From: a virus
Taxonomy: Duplodnaviria > Caudoviricetes
Length of the DNA stretch: 58,123 nucleotides
Reading direction: 5' to 3' (one strand)
IMG/VR virus record: IMGVR_UViG_3300028025_003736
Coordinates: 1 to 58,123 of that record
Below the pieces are notes generated by a model that saw only the letters and a program-made list of their open reading frames with translations, had not been told where the DNA came from and did no database searches. The number at the start of each line of letters is the position of its first letter. The stretch's first letter is position 1. A program made the position numbers and the translations under genes. Positions 56,420 to 58,123 of this stretch are shown here, in pieces.

Positions 56420-57120
56420 GGCATAGGGGTTGGAGTCGAACCAACCCTGCGACCATCCTATGCTTTTTATAGGTTATTTACTCGTGTTTCTGTTTGTATG
56501 TAGCGACATCCCGTCGCCCATAGTCTTTTGCTCCCTGCTTAATCAACAGACAACGCCCACTTATAGCGTTGAATGGCTTTCGCCCAGGAGGGGTATATTA
56601 CACCGCTTGACGGTCAGCGTACCCGAACCCGCTTATATACGTTTACCACAACCCCTTAAAACGTATGAAAATCACATGGGTTTTCCTCGCATACCCCTAC
56701 CATTACACAATCCGAACTATGTAGGTAGTATGCTCACTTGGTACTAATTTACGTATGCGTCGCCATGCCCATAGCTTACAAATTACTTGTAAGGGCAATG
56801 ATGCGTCAACCCAATTTAACCTACCCAATAGTTACACTACCCACTTTCCCACTCCTTTGTGTGCATAGCACAGCCCGTTATGGTATTTGCAAATAATGAA
56901 CCTCTCCCCTCATAGTGCATTTCGCCCCATATGAGTTTAAGGTAGGCGAATCATTCGGACCGCCCATAAATAGTCAATATGTCAAAGAGTGTTTTAGTGG
57001 TCAAGCACAGGACGTCGGGAATTACTCCCTAGCTAAGCCATTAGTCGGAATTACTCCGCTCTATATGGCACACTTCGCCCCACACTTTGTTTTGTCAGAC
57101 CGCCCCCTTATTTATTAGGA
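56420..57120 (-). ncRNA. candidate large structured non-coding RNA (or RNA cluster) with tRNA-like 3' end
   Basis: No credible ORF, visibly GC-richer, many nested helices, GGC-GAAA-GCC tetraloop, three AGTAATT-loop hairpins, terminal GGTTGG-TTCGACT-CCAACC arm; boundaries approximate. Confidence 0.6.
56975..56990 (-). promoter_or_regulatory. boxA-like antitermination site
   Basis: Minus strand ACTCTTTGACATATTG; near-identical copy at 57674-57690. Confidence 0.6.
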
Positions 57121-57231
57121 GCAGCCCCCACATTTGCGATATGTTTATATCGCCCCCATTGGGATATCATAAATAGAAAAAAGTGGGGGAGTTGAACCCC
57201 CATACATTCAGATTTTTAGAATGTTTTTACC

Positions 57232-57618
57232 TTACTTTTTGTTGGCATAATAACGACGTATCAATGTCATTATAAGCCATGAGCTAAATTTCCCGTTAAT
57301 TGCTTCTTTGCCCTTGAGCAATGGGAGCAAATTTTTGGGGGAGCAGTCAAGCTCATTGAAATTTACGAAGGATGAAATGAAACCTTTGTCAAATTTTACT
57401 ACACTTTTGAGGCAAAAAGAAAATGATGTATTTTCCTGCTTCACCGCATTATTGGTAGCAATTTTGTTTTGTACCAATTTTTTACCTGTCATGCCTTCAG
57501 CCAAAAAGACAATTTTTTCAGTCTTTTTTGCGGCCTGTTTGCCTTGCAAAGGTTTTTTGTTTTCTGTCTTAACTTGCTTTCTTGCTGCCTTTGTAGCTTG
57601 TGTTGTCGCTGTTTTCAT
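57232..57618 (-). CDS. first early-operon protein, basic
   Basis: 128 aa with K/A/T-rich N-terminus; only ORF between the boxA-like sites. Confidence 0.65.
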   Translation of the reverse strand: MKTATTQATKAARKQVKTENKKPLQGKQAAKKTEKIVFLAEGMTGKKLVQNKIATNNAVKQENTSFSFCLKSVVKFDKGFISSFVNFNELDCSPKNLLPLLKGKEAINGKFSSWLIMTLIRRYYANKK

Positions 57619-57673
57619 GTTGAATTTTTAAATATGAATGAATGAATGAATAAACAAGTTTAGATGATATGCC

Positions 57674-57690
57674 CAATATGTCAAGGAACT
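57674..57690 (-). promoter_or_regulatory. boxA-like antitermination site
   Basis: Minus strand AGTTCCTTGACATATTG. Confidence 0.6.
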
Positions 57691-57852
57691 ACTGACGGGA
57701 ATAATAGTATTACACTATATATGAGATGAGAAAATAAGTTACTTATTTTGATCTCATCAACACATTGCCGCCATATATAAAAGAACTGAATGCAAGGTAA
57801 AGGATATTTTTTGAAATTTTGCAATTTTACAAAATCAAAATAGTTAAAAATA

Positions 57853-58117
57853 TGTTAAGAAAAAAAATCTTAATTACATAAGAACGTGTGCGTGTGCGTA
57901 GGGTATTATTTCTTAAAAAAATGTTAACGGGACTAGAATGCATGGATATTAACGAGACTTTAACATATCCTCAAATTTCAATTATCTTGGCATTGGTAAG
58001 GGTAAGGTATCAAAACAAAGTCAAGGGGCTTAAATTGGCTGAAAATGCCTTAAAACGTGTTAATGCATTTTAACATAAATCTTTGTTAATATGTTGATAG
58101 TTAACAGCTTATTAACA
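57853..58117. repeat. cluster of TTAACA/TGTTAA hexamers
   Basis: Copies at 57853, 57922, 57960, 58058, 58070, 58084, 58101, 58112, continuing at 53 and 64 if the window is circular. Confidence 0.7.
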
Positions 58118-58123
58118 TATGGC

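Noticed and set aside
56430-57118. Plus-strand ORFs 56430..56747 and 56915..57118
   Set aside because: Non-ATG starts, against local gene direction, atypical composition; better explained as antisense to structured RNA
56420-57205. Complete tRNA genes
   Set aside because: Only T-arm or acceptor-like parts are present; no D-arm or anticodon arm can be built
1-58123. Stop-codon reassignment as in some crAss-like phages
   Set aside because: Long genes are intact in the standard code and TAG, TGA and TAA all end well-packed genes; the single radC TAA is an isolated case
1-58123. Integrase, att sites or flanking host genes (prophage)
   Set aside because: No recombinase or bacterial housekeeping context recognised; the window is phage-like from end to end

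Overview
The window looks like an essentially complete ~58 kb genome of a tailed phage infecting a Bacteroidetes host. Host evidence: many TAnnTTTG promoter -7 boxes, A-rich translation starts without Shine-Dalgarno sequences, and a signal peptide cleaved before Gln. The + strand half (~0.35-39.2 kb) holds an array of small basic proteins, a tandem GroES-like protein, and a podovirus morphogenesis module resembling crAss-like phages (terminase, portal, scaffold, major capsid, three ring proteins, muzzle, three cargo proteins, tail hub, long repetitive tail fibre), followed by a lysis region with a GH19 endolysin. The - strand half (~39.2-57.6 kb) holds early and replication genes: a BT4734/VirE-N primase fused to an SF4 helicase, SSB, RecE-like exonuclease, Rad52/Sak annealase, two DnaA-domain-IV proteins, dNMP kinase, an interrupted RadC, an M28-like peptidase and many small ORFs. 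I recognised no DNA polymerase, RNA polymerase, integrase, complete tRNA or CRISPR array. Most notable: (1) a coupled holin-like / chemoreceptor four-helix-bundle sensor / outer-membrane beta-barrel trio inside the lysis cassette; (2) a large structured non-coding RNA candidate in the early leader with rrn-type boxA sites and a tRNA-like 3' end, whose exposed 8-nt seed is complementary to the loop of a kissing-loop terminator 8 kb away, upstream of the replication genes; (3) a small basic gene nested in the +1 frame of the 2150-aa cargo gene; (4) a possible colicin-M-like toxin with an antisense membrane immunity gene. All family calls are from motif recognition by eye; no database searches or folding calculations were run.
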